64,000 bases of DNA from an uncultured Acidobacteriota bacterium (GTDB lineage Bacteria; Acidobacteriota; Thermoanaerobaculia; Multivoradales; JAHEKO01): positions 1,312,001 to 1,376,000 of the forward strand of contig CAVQNG010000003.1 of NCBI GenBank assembly GCA_963713825.1. The letters are read 5' to 3'. Within the stretch, counting starts at the first letter, position 1. Each line of letters opens with the position of its first letter. Positions 1 through 8,965 of this stretch are shown here, one piece after another. The translations under genes and the position numbers were made by a program. Under the pieces are notes generated by a model, which worked only from the letters and a program-made list of their open reading frames with translations, had not been told where the DNA came from and did no database searches.

Positions 1-98
1 GAGATTCGATTGTGGTGGGAGATCTCGGCGGAGGGACCGAGGCGGAGGAGCTGCTCAGCAACAAGGACTACTTCTTCGATTGGGAGGGCGAATCATGA
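1..98 (+). CDS. 3' end of an unidentified CDS truncated by the window edge
   Basis: Open frame from base 3 (DSIVVGDLGGGTEAEELLSNKDYFFDWEGES*). Its TGA overlaps the next ATG (ATGA at 95-98). Confidence 0.55.
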   Translation, partial: DSIVVGDLGGGTEAEELLSNKDYFFDWEGES

Positions 99-298
99 AG
101 GCGTTCTTTGCCATGCGGCGGAGCGAAGCGGCGGTGCTGCTGTTTCTGATTGCATTCTCTGCCTTCTCCTTCCTGCCAGTCTGGCGGCAAGTCGAAGTCG
201 CTGGAATTGCAGTCTTCGGCTGGTTGATGGTCGCCCTGATGCTGATCTCTCCTGTACTGACATTGTTGGTCTTTCTCCGCGGCGAGGGCGGGAGCTAG
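95..298 (+). CDS. Small two-TM membrane protein, probable partner of the solute symporter
   Basis: Two hydrophobic segments; lies just upstream of an SSS transporter, a common arrangement. Confidence 0.7.
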   Translation: MKAFFAMRRSEAAVLLFLIAFSAFSFLPVWRQVEVAGIAVFGWLMVALMLISPVLTLLVFLRGEGGS

Positions 299-305
299 GT
301 AACCG

Positions 306-1736
306 ATGCTCGTCGAGCGGATTCTCGTCGTGCTGTATCTGGCCGGCTGTGTCGGTATCGGTATCTTCGCGTCCAAGAAGGTTCTGGGCTCTCGGGACGA
401 GTACTGGGTGGCGGGTCGTCGCATCGGTACGACGGTCAATGCCATGGCCATCATGGCCAGCCTGGCCAGTGGGGGCTCGATCATCGGTGTGATGGGCCTC
501 GCCTATTCCCAGGGCATCCCGGCGACCCTGGCTCTGTTCGCCGGCGCCGTACTGGGATTTCCCCTGGCATCCATCCTGGTGGCCCGTCAGCTGCGCAACT
601 TCGGCAGATACACCATTACCGACTTTCTCGCTTTTCGCTACCCGACAAACGTTGTGCGCTATCTGGTGCCGACTCTGATCGTCGTTGCCTTCACGATATA
701 CATCGTGGCGCAGCTGAAGGCGGCCGGGATCACGGCCTACGCATTGCTCGGAATCCCCTACGAAACAGCAATCATCCTCGCGACGCTGGTGTTTATCGTC
801 TACGTCTCCTTCGGGGGCATGGTGGCGATCACCTGGACCGACATGATCCAGGGGGCGCTGATGCTGATTGTGGTGCTGGGCGCGGGTCTGGCGATGGTAT
901 GGCGCTTCGGCTCGCCCCTCGAGCTGATGCGGCAGGCGACGGCGGCGGCGCCCGAGCTCGGCCAGGTGGCCCATCAGCCCGTCGCCAGCTATCTCGGTTA
1001 CTTCGTGATCTGGGCCACGGCCATCCCGGTGATTCCCCACATCGTGATGCGCGTCTCGACGGCCAAGGATGCCAGGGGTGCCCGCCTGTCGCTCAACCTC
1101 GCCATGCTGGCCTATAGCGTCATGATCCTGGTAGCGGTGCTGGCGATTGTGCCGGTGGGCAAACTGCAATTTCCAGGGCTCGAAGATGCCGACCAGGTCT
1201 TCCTCAAGGTCATGGAATCGGAATTTCCGACGCTCATTCGCGGCGTCGCGGTGGCGGCAGTGCTGGCGGCGGTGATGTCCACCACCGATGCCCTGCTTCT
1301 CGCCTGCAGCTCGGCCATCGCGCATGACATCCTCGGCGGGCTGTTGCAGGACCGGGCGAGCGAGAAGACTCTGGCGGCGATTCGTGTTGGGGCTGCCTGG
1401 GTCGTTGGCCTACTGGCGCTCTATTGGGCTCTGTCGCCTCCCGAGCTCATCAGCAAGTTCTATACGGCAGGCATCGGGCTGCTGAGTGCCAGCCTCTTTG
1501 TTCCGACGATCGCGGGCCTCTGGTGGAAGCGGGCGAATCTGGCAGGTGGAACGGCCTCCCTGGTCGTGGGCGCTGCTACCTATATCCTGGCGCAGCCCCA
1601 AGTGTTCGACCTCGGCATCGCCCCGGTCGTGCTAGCTCTGATCACCAGCTCCATAGCCATGTTGGTAGGCGCCCGCTTCGGCCGCCGCGAAAGCCTCCCG
1701 ATGCTCGAAACGATCAGCGCCCTGCACGATGCATAG
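306..1736 (+). CDS. Sodium:solute symporter family protein
   Basis: 476 aa with many TM segments; SSS motifs 'EYWVAGR', 'GGMVAITWTDMIQG', 'AAVMSTTD'. Confidence 0.93.
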   Translation: MLVERILVVLYLAGCVGIGIFASKKVLGSRDEYWVAGRRIGTTVNAMAIMASLASGGSIIGVMGLAYSQGIPATLALFAGAVLGFPLASILVARQLRNFGRYTITDFLAFRYPTNVVRYLVPTLIVVAFTIYIVAQLKAAGITAYALLGIPYETAIILATLVFIVYVSFGGMVAITWTDMIQGALMLIVVLGAGLAMVWRFGSPLELMRQATAAAPELGQVAHQPVASYLGYFVIWATAIPVIPHIVMRVSTAKDARGARLSLNLAMLAYSVMILVAVLAIVPVGKLQFPGLEDADQVFLKVMESEFPTLIRGVAVAAVLAAVMSTTDALLLACSSAIAHDILGGLLQDRASEKTLAAIRVGAAWVVGLLALYWALSPPELISKFYTAGIGLLSASLFVPTIAGLWWKRANLAGGTASLVVGAATYILAQPQVFDLGIAPVVLALITSSIAMLVGARFGRRESLPMLETISALHDA

Positions 1737-1740
1737 GCCC

Positions 1741-2178
1741 TTTGGGCCTATGGGTTGAGACGCCCGGCTCACCGCCGGGTGTTCTTTGAGGGCTTGGGGC
1801 TGAGAGGGCCGATCCGGACCAGGGATCTCCCTCGTCTGCGGCCTCACCCGACCATACCCCTCCGACGAGGTAGACCCATGGCCCGATCTACCAAGTTCTA
1901 GACACATCGAGAATCGGATTACCGACCTGCCCCCTACGCTCCTATTGCCTCTAACGGTGCCAGAGGTTCGTCCGGGTGGTTCGACAGGGGGCGCCGAGTC
2001 GAGCGCGGCGCAAGGTTCTTGATAGGACACAGGTGACGGGGCGCGATGACGAGACGAGGCGGCGGCCCGCCCGTCATAGTCTGAGTAGCCGACGCCGTCC
2101 CCCGGCGGACCACCACACGAAAATCGTTGTTTCTTCAGGACACAGTACCCAAGCCCCAGGACGGGCGGGAGGGCGGGG
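1741..2178. repeat. Composite intergenic repeat mosaic, copy 1 (hairpin unit + module B 1811-1888 + module C 1969-2119 + heptamer/G-rich tail)
   Basis: Aligns by eye with 14311-14801, 29691-30166 (inverted) and 47271-47700 (inverted). Confidence 0.92.
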
Positions 2179-3249
2179 CTACACGTTGAAGCGGAAGTGG
2201 ATGACCTCGCCGTCTTGGACCGGGTATTCCTTGCCCTCGAGACGCAAGAGCCCCTTCTCCCGGCAGGCGGTGAGAGTGCCGAGATTCAGCAGGTCCTCCC
2301 AAGGCACCACCTCGGCCCGGATGAAGCCGCGCTCGATGTCGCTGTGAATGGCCCCTCCAGCTTGCCGAGCCAGCGTGCCGAGACGCACCGTCCAGGCCCT
2401 GACCTCGTCCTCGCCAACGGTGAAGAACGAGATCAAACCGAGCAGCTCATAGCTGGCGCGGATAACACGGTTGAGACTCGGCTCCCTCAACCCCAGATCC
2501 ACCAAGAAATGGATCTGGTGCTCGGCGTCGAGATGGGAGATCTCCTCCTCGATGGGAGCGCTCACCGTAACGACCTGCGCACCTGATGGGACTTCAATGA
2601 CGGGGTTCTCGGCAGGGCCTTCTACCAGAACAGCCTCGTCGACGTTGATCACCAGCAGCAGAGGTTTCGCTGAGAGCAGTTGAAATCCCCGCAAGCGCAG
2701 CTCGTCCTCGTTCGAAAGCTCCAGGGAGCGCAGCGGGCGCTCGTCCTCCAAGGCCGGCAGGATGATCTCGGCGAGCAGTGATTGCTCTCGTTTCTCATCT
2801 GTGGACAGACCGCGCTTCGCGCCCTGTTCCAACCTGGCGATACGTCGCTCGACGATCTCGTGGTCGGCCAGAATGAGCTCGAGGTCGATGATCGCGACGT
2901 CCCGAGCCGGATCTACCGCACCCTCCGAGTGCAGGATCTCTGGCTCCTCGAAGGCCCTGACGACATGGGCCAGAGCGTCCACCTCCCGAAGTCTCGCCAG
3001 GTCGAGGCTCTCCGCACTGCCTCCCTTCTTGAGACCGGGAATGTCCACGTAGGTTACCGTGGCAGGAGTGAATTTCTTCGGCTGATAGTGCTCCCGCAAG
3101 CGAATGAGCCGAGGGTCCGGAACCGTCGCGATGCCGACGTTGGTCTTGGTCGAAGTCGAGTACCGGTCGGTGGCCTGATGGGAGGCCGTCAGAATATTGA
3201 ACAGCGTCGTCTTGCCGACCTTGGGTAGTCCGATGATTCCTACTTCCAT
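2179..3249 (-). CDS. ychF: Ribosome-binding ATPase YchF
   Basis: 'GIIGLPKVGKTT', 'VDIPGL', TGS domain 'AGGAIHSDIERGFIRAEV', C-terminus 'GKEYPVQDGEVIHFRFNV'. Start taken at MEVG. Confidence 0.95.
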   Translation of the reverse strand: MEVGIIGLPKVGKTTLFNILTASHQATDRYSTSTKTNVGIATVPDPRLIRLREHYQPKKFTPATVTYVDIPGLKKGGSAESLDLARLREVDALAHVVRAFEEPEILHSEGAVDPARDVAIIDLELILADHEIVERRIARLEQGAKRGLSTDEKREQSLLAEIILPALEDERPLRSLELSNEDELRLRGFQLLSAKPLLLVINVDEAVLVEGPAENPVIEVPSGAQVVTVSAPIEEEISHLDAEHQIHFLVDLGLREPSLNRVIRASYELLGLISFFTVGEDEVRAWTVRLGTLARQAGGAIHSDIERGFIRAEVVPWEDLLNLGTLTACREKGLLRLEGKEYPVQDGEVIHFRFNV

Positions 3250-3432
3250 GGGAGAGAACCTCGTTGAGCGGTGTTGTTCGAGGGAGCCTGCAACAGCCGA
3301 GGAGGGCGAAGGATACACCAAACCAGCTCGACACCCTTTTGGACACTGCCTGCTGGAGTCGGTATCCTGACACCAGAAGTTCCTGATCAGACGACCCGCT
3401 CGAGCTCCAAAGACACCGCATAGGGAGAAGTC

Positions 3433-5688
3433 ATGAGAATGAGACCACCAAGCCCCTTTAGGCTTTCAGCCATCACTGTGTTCGTCGTCCTGGCGCTGTT
3501 TGGAGCTCGCTCCGCTCGTACGACCGAAACCGAAGCATGGCCTCGGGAGATCGAGACCCAGAAGGGCCTCGTAGTGATGTATCAACCCCAGATCGACAGC
3601 CTCGAAGGCAACATTTTGCATGGCCGGGCAGCGGTATCGGTGACAAGGACGGGGGAATCCGAACCGATCTTCGGTGCGGTCTGGCTGGAGAGTCGAATAG
3701 CAACCGACCTGGATACTCGGGTTGTCGAGTTCGAAGAGATTCGGGTTCCCAGGGTACGTTTTCCCGATGCGACACCCGATCAGGAGCAGGCACTCATCGA
3801 TTTATTGGTTCAGGAGATGCCCACTTGGAACATCGACCTGTCTCTCGACCGGCTGAGTGCAGCGCTCGATCTCGCCGAGAGGCAGACCCTGACGGCGGAA
3901 GGCTTCGACGACTCTCCCCCGAAGATCCTGTTCAGGCAAGAGCCGACGGTCCTGGTGACCGTTGACGGCGAACCCCAGTTGAGAGAGTTGGGGGACTCAG
4001 GGGTCCAGGGTGTGATCAACAGTCCGTTCCTGATGGCTCAAGATCCCAAGGACAAAGCCTCCTACTACCTCTATGCGGGAGCCGATACCTGGTACAAGGC
4101 GCCGGCTGTCGAAGGTCCCTGGCAGTTGACCTCGAAGGTGCCACAGCAGATCCAGCAGCTCGAGCCCGAGGAGGAGGAGCTGGACTCCGAGGAGGTTGCC
4201 GAAGGCCCAAGCACCCCACCGGCCATCGTGGTGAGCACGGAGCCAGCCGAGCTTATCGTTACCGATGGCCCGATGCAGTTCAGCCCTCTGGCTGGCGGTG
4301 AGCTTCTCGTCGTGACGAACTCGGAGAGCGATCTGCTGCGCGAAGTGGCCAGCCAGGAGATTTATGTCCTCTTGTCAGGCCGCTGGTATTCGGCTCGCTC
4401 CGAGGCAGGGCCGTGGGAGTTCAGGCGCCCCGACGAGCTACCGGAGAGCTTTGCCAGAATCGACCCGGACTCGGACTACGGCTACCTGCTCGTCTGGGTT
4501 GCAGGCACCGAGATGGCGACAGAGGCCGCCCTTGATGCCGCGGTCCCGCAGACCGCAGCCATCAAGCGGGATGCGACGATCCAGGTCGACTACGATGGCG
4601 AACCAAAGTTCGAGCCCGTCGAGGAGACAGCGCTCTACTACGCGGTCAATACGGAGTCTCAAGTCCTTCGATCCGGCAGCCAGTACTTCTGTGTCCAGGA
4701 GGGTGTGTGGTACGTCGCAGGCAGCGCGCAGGGACCCTGGGCGGTAGCCACCGAGGTGCCCGAGGAGATCCGCTCCATTCCGCCTTCGAGCCCGGTGTAC
4801 AACACCAAATATGTCTACATCTACGACACGACCCCGGAAGTGGTCTACGTCGGCTACTACCCCGGGTACACTTCCAGCTACATCTACCACGGAGTTCCGG
4901 TCTACGGCACCGGTTGGTACTACCGGCCCTGGTGGGGCCCCTACCATTACTACCCGAGATACCGGACCTGGGGCTTCAACGTGCGCTACAACCCCTGGTA
5001 CGGCTGGAGCTTTGGCCTGAGCTATTCGACCGGACGCTTCACGTTCTCGATCGGCTACGGTGGACGTGGTTGGTGGGGACCTGGAGGCTATCGGGGCTAC
5101 CGCCACGGCTATCACAGGGGCTGGCACCACGGTTACCGGGCGGGGACCCGAGCCGGGTATCAGGCGGGCTACCGTTCCGCCAAGCGGGATTCAGCCCGCA
5201 ACATGTATCAACGTCAGGGGAATGCCAACAGGGTGGCCCACACTTCGGGAACCAGGCCTGGCGCGGGCACGGCACAAGCTAGATCGCCGAATGTGTCGAA
5301 CCGGGCGAACAACGTCTATACCGACAAGAACGGCAACGTCTTTCGGAAGCAGCAGGACGGTAGCTGGCAGCAACGGGACGGTGGAAACTGGAAGGCAGCC
5401 GACATGAGTGGGGCAGCTGGCTCCCGGGAGGCGGCAAACAAGCCCTCGACCGGCACTCGCCCGACCGATCGGAGCGCCCCTTCCACCGGAGCTGTGGGTA
5501 CTCAACAGCAGAAGCCGAGGACAAGTACCGGGGGCACGAAGCAGCAGAAGCCGAAGACGAGCACTGGACAGTACGGTGGCAGCAGCAATCTGAATCGCGA
5601 CGCCAGTGCGCGGCAGCGAGGCAACCAGCGCGCCAGGAGCGCCCCTCGAGGTGGTGGCGGTCGCGGCGGTGGAGGCCGGCGGCGCTAG
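3433..5688 (+). CDS. Secreted protein with Tyr/Trp-rich region and Gly/Arg-rich low-complexity tail
   Basis: RBS GGAG, signal peptide, repeated 'W..A...GPW' units, C-terminus ending RGGGGRGGGGRRR. Confidence 0.8.
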   Translation: MRMRPPSPFRLSAITVFVVLALFGARSARTTETEAWPREIETQKGLVVMYQPQIDSLEGNILHGRAAVSVTRTGESEPIFGAVWLESRIATDLDTRVVEFEEIRVPRVRFPDATPDQEQALIDLLVQEMPTWNIDLSLDRLSAALDLAERQTLTAEGFDDSPPKILFRQEPTVLVTVDGEPQLRELGDSGVQGVINSPFLMAQDPKDKASYYLYAGADTWYKAPAVEGPWQLTSKVPQQIQQLEPEEEELDSEEVAEGPSTPPAIVVSTEPAELIVTDGPMQFSPLAGGELLVVTNSESDLLREVASQEIYVLLSGRWYSARSEAGPWEFRRPDELPESFARIDPDSDYGYLLVWVAGTEMATEAALDAAVPQTAAIKRDATIQVDYDGEPKFEPVEETALYYAVNTESQVLRSGSQYFCVQEGVWYVAGSAQGPWAVATEVPEEIRSIPPSSPVYNTKYVYIYDTTPEVVYVGYYPGYTSSYIYHGVPVYGTGWYYRPWWGPYHYYPRYRTWGFNVRYNPWYGWSFGLSYSTGRFTFSIGYGGRGWWGPGGYRGYRHGYHRGWHHGYRAGTRAGYQAGYRSAKRDSARNMYQRQGNANRVAHTSGTRPGAGTAQARSPNVSNRANNVYTDKNGNVFRKQQDGSWQQRDGGNWKAADMSGAAGSREAANKPSTGTRPTDRSAPSTGAVGTQQQKPRTSTGGTKQQKPKTSTGQYGGSSNLNRDASARQRGNQRARSAPRGGGGRGGGGRRR

Positions 5689-7013
5689 GGTATGGCCAAC
5701 GTCCAGCGACGGGTATCGCCGGATTCGACCCCGTCGACGAAAATGACGTCTAGGCCCTCGTAGGCGCCGATATCGAAAGCCGGACCCAAAGGTCGGGGCG
5801 TGCCCTCGAGGTCTGTCAGGACTTGCGTCAGGGTTTCGCCGTTGTCGAGGGCAGGACTACCCTCTCGAAGATGGAAATCACCGCCCGGGTCGATGAAGAG
5901 GGCTGCCGGTGAAGACCGGAGTGAGTCCTGATCGTGGCCGGTCTGTGCTCTCCATTCCGCAAGGCTCAGGACCGTGTCGCCATCATCCACGGTGAAGCGA
6001 TCCATGACCACATTGTGATCGGAGCTGAATCCGGCAAGGGAGTCAGCGGTGACGGAGACGCTGCCACGGAACGAATGGTAGTTGTAGAAGACGTTGTTGC
6101 GCACCCGGTTGTCGGTGGAGCTGTTCTTGATGTTGAGGGCCCACCGACCATCGTCGGCGACGATGACTGTGTTGTTGTAGACGTGGTTGCCTGTCGAAGC
6201 AGCGCCACCATCGATTCTGTAGAGCGAGATGCCACTCGCATGATTGTCGAAGAGCAGGTTGTTGCGGATGATGGAGCTCTGGACCCCATCCATATTGATG
6301 CCAGAGCCTCCCCCCAGACCGTTGCCGTAGATGGTGTTGTTCTCGACTACGGCTTCACTGATGATGCCGTCCCCACCCTGTGAGGCATCTCCATTCATGT
6401 GAATGCCATTGGCGCGGTTGTCCCAGATCCGGTTGCCTCGGATCGTCGGTCTGTCGCCACTATTGCTGACATAGATCCCGTGCTCGTCGCCACTGTTGGA
6501 GGTGTGATTCGACTCGATCAACAGGTCGTCGCAGAATCCGGTGAAGATGCCCCAACGTCCGTTACCGTCCAGGCGATTGCCCCGAAGAACAACGTTCTCG
6601 CATAGAACGGCGCGGATTCCAGCCCGCGTCCGGCCGTTGATGTGCAGGCCCTCGACGACAAAGTGGCTGGCACCTTCGAGGTTGATGCCGTCGGGCGTGT
6701 GCGGATTGTCGTCGTCGATCTCGACGGTCTCGCCAGGAAAGGCCTTTACAGTGATGGGCAGGGCGACCGTACCTGAAGTCGTGAAGTGAGCGCCGGCGAA
6801 ACTTCCCGCTCTCAGAAGTACAGTGTCTCCGGGCTGGATCACGCCGGCTGCGTGCTGCAAGGTCGCCCAGGGACTTCCCAGGGTTCCAGAATTGGAATCG
6901 CCTCCGGCTGGCGGGGGAGCGACGTAGTAGGTGGCGGCGCCGAGGCTCACTGGAGGCAAGGCGGCTACCAGAATTCCTGCCAGCAACGAGAACAACCCCG
7001 TAGAATGCGCCAT
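5685..7013 (-). CDS. Secreted right-handed parallel beta-helix protein
   Basis: 'TYYVAP...G.D.N.G...PWATLQHA', Asn-rich beta-helix repeats, 'DIGAYE', terminal 'IFVDGVESGD..W'. Start uncertain (7013 or 7040). Confidence 0.85.
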   Translation of the reverse strand: MAHSTGLFSLLAGILVAALPPVSLGAATYYVAPPPAGGDSNSGTLGSPWATLQHAAGVIQPGDTVLLRAGSFAGAHFTTSGTVALPITVKAFPGETVEIDDDNPHTPDGINLEGASHFVVEGLHINGRTRAGIRAVLCENVVLRGNRLDGNGRWGIFTGFCDDLLIESNHTSNSGDEHGIYVSNSGDRPTIRGNRIWDNRANGIHMNGDASQGGDGIISEAVVENNTIYGNGLGGGSGINMDGVQSSIIRNNLLFDNHASGISLYRIDGGAASTGNHVYNNTVIVADDGRWALNIKNSSTDNRVRNNVFYNYHSFRGSVSVTADSLAGFSSDHNVVMDRFTVDDGDTVLSLAEWRAQTGHDQDSLRSSPAALFIDPGGDFHLREGSPALDNGETLTQVLTDLEGTPRPLGPAFDIGAYEGLDVIFVDGVESGDTRRWTLAIP

Positions 7014-7178
7014 TTCCGGTCCCCAGCGATGCCTCTTCATCGTACTGTGGGAGAGTCGAAGCGGCAGCGGAGCAAGACACAGAGACGGATGCGCAGAGCT
7101 GGCTCCGAAAGTGGGGCAAGGTAGGCTATGCCATTCAGATCCGATCACAAGGCCGCTCGAGGCCACCAGGAGGAATCA

Positions 7179-7808
7179 ATGGGAACACCGAAGAAAGGCA
7201 TCCAGATCGTCAGCATTGTCGGCACCAGTCGGCCGGGCAATTTCACCGCCAGGGCCGTCGAAGTGGTCAATGACGAGCTGCGGAAGTCTGGCGTCGAAGT
7301 CACGACGATCGATCCGGCGAAGGTCGAGTTGAACTTTCCCGGCCAACCGGTGACCGAGGGTGCGAGAGAGGTGCAGCGTGCCGTTGAAGGTGCCACAGGT
7401 GTTGTCATGGCGACGCCCGAGTACCATGGATCGTTTGCCAGTGCTCTGAAGCTCATCATCGAGAACCTTGGATTTCCTTCAAAGCTCTCTGGCAAACCGA
7501 TCGCCCTGCTCGGAGTTGCGAGCGGGCGCATCGGAGCGATCAAATCTCTGGAACAGCTGCGTAGTGTTTGCTCGCACGTCGGAGGAATCGTGCTGCCTGG
7601 TCCGGTTTCGGTGGCCGCCGTTCACCGGGTCTTCGATGACCAGGGGAAGTGCCTGGACGAGGCCGTGGAGAAGCAGGTGAGAGGGGTGGCGACCCACCTT
7701 CTGGACTATCTGGATCAGAACATCTGTCCGCGCATCGCCCTGGAGGCGATCGTCAGGGCCGGCGGCGAGTCGGACATCCCGGTGCCAACATGCAGCCGTG
7801 GCGCGTGA
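7179..7808 (+). CDS. NAD(P)H-dependent FMN reductase
   Basis: 'GTSRPGN', 'ATPEYHGSFASALK'; RBS GGAGG before ATG 7179. Confidence 0.9.
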   Translation: MGTPKKGIQIVSIVGTSRPGNFTARAVEVVNDELRKSGVEVTTIDPAKVELNFPGQPVTEGAREVQRAVEGATGVVMATPEYHGSFASALKLIIENLGFPSKLSGKPIALLGVASGRIGAIKSLEQLRSVCSHVGGIVLPGPVSVAAVHRVFDDQGKCLDEAVEKQVRGVATHLLDYLDQNICPRIALEAIVRAGGESDIPVPTCSRGA

Positions 7809-7863
7809 GTCCTGACTCTTCGCCCCAGATGGGTCACACAGATCTTCTGAACCTGGGCGGGAC

Positions 7864-8955
7864 CTATCGGACCTGAGCCGGTTGGAGCGTCAGCAGGACA
7901 GCCTCGGGGGGACAGCCAATCCGGAATGGGAATCCTGTGGCGCCGAGGCCTCGACTGACGACGAGTTGTGAATTGCCGGCTCGGTAGTGCCCTTCATCGA
8001 GTCGGTAACGGCTCATCCGGACCAGGACTGGTAGACCGGGAAGCCGCCACTGGCCGCCGTGGGTGTGGCCGGCCAGGACCAGGGAGACATCGCGATCCAC
8101 CGCTTCAGGAAATACATCTGGGTTGTGAGAGAGCAAGAGGCTCGCAGCCCCGTCAGGCCTCCCTTGGAGGGCCGATTCGAGCTGCGCTTCGCCGCACAGT
8201 AGGTCGTCGACACCTGCGAGCAAGAGACGGCCGCCGCCGCGTTCGAGCATCACCGAGCGATTCTGAAGGAAGCGGACTCCGCTGGACTCCAGCAGCTCCA
8301 TGAGAGCCTCGGGCTGGCCGGTGTAATGGTCGTGATTGCCGAGAACCCCGTACACACCGAGGGGAGCCGCCAGGGTTTTGTAGGTCGGAGCTGTCGGTTC
8401 CACCTCCTCCAAGCGAACGGTGGCGAAATCACCGGCCAGGAGTATGAGGTCGGGCTCCAGGGTCATGAGCCTGTCGAAGGTGCGTTCGAGCGCTCCGGGA
8501 GCCAGGAAGGGTCCGGCGTGGAAGTCCGAGATCAGCAGCAGCTTCAGGTCGGCAAAGCTGTGGTCGAGTTGTTGGATAGCGATTGAAGCCTCCGAGACCG
8601 TAAGGTCCCGCTCGAGAGCTCGACTATAGGGCCAGGCGATTCCCGGGACTCGCGGGAAGATGCGATGGCTCAGAAACTTGTTTGTGCCGCGCTCGACTCT
8701 GCGAAACCAGCCTTTTGCCGGGTTGAAGAGGTGCCGGAGTCGAAAACTGGTGGCTGAAGGTGGCCCCAGGCTCTCATGGTGAACGCCGGAAGGGTCTGGT
8801 GACGATTCTGATGACCCCTGGGTGTCCGTCGGTCGCTCAGCCGTCGGTGGAGTACTGTCAGTATCCCGCGCCTCCCTCTTGTCTCCAGTCCGAGTCGATC
8901 GAGAAGTCGGCTCTGGCGGTACCTCGCGAGGTGGCGGCAAGTCCGAAAAACGCAT
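7864..8955 (-). CDS. Metallophosphoesterase (YkuE/YaeI-like)
   Basis: Motifs SDFH, GD, GNHD, SHNPD, AGHTHGGQ. Start uncertain. Confidence 0.88.
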   Translation of the reverse strand: MRFSDLPPPREVPPEPTSRSTRTGDKREARDTDSTPPTAERPTDTQGSSESSPDPSGVHHESLGPPSATSFRLRHLFNPAKGWFRRVERGTNKFLSHRIFPRVPGIAWPYSRALERDLTVSEASIAIQQLDHSFADLKLLLISDFHAGPFLAPGALERTFDRLMTLEPDLILLAGDFATVRLEEVEPTAPTYKTLAAPLGVYGVLGNHDHYTGQPEALMELLESSGVRFLQNRSVMLERGGGRLLLAGVDDLLCGEAQLESALQGRPDGAASLLLSHNPDVFPEAVDRDVSLVLAGHTHGGQWRLPGLPVLVRMSRYRLDEGHYRAGNSQLVVSRGLGATGFPFRIGCPPEAVLLTLQPAQVR

Positions 8956-8965
8956 GGTGACGAGC

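Noticed and set aside
93-1325. Long antisense or alternate-frame ORFs (also 11012-12112, 30704-31708, 38764-39867, 51575-52720, 59182-60255, 61285-62358)
   Set aside because: Shadow ORFs expected from high-GC codon usage opposite well-supported genes, with no recognisable motifs.
1969-2119. tRNA, hammerhead/HDV ribozyme, group II intron or known riboswitch in module C
   Set aside because: GGTTCGA resembles a T-loop but lies in a long helix with no cloverleaf. I found no CUGANGA/GAAA core or domain V consensus by eye. An Rfam search is still needed.
1976-2347. Recurring ORFs 'VRQGAPSRA.RK...RDDETR' (also 29618-29977 and 47242-47538)
   Set aside because: These are translations of module C. 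Indels in the C-run change the frame between copies and copy 2 stops early.
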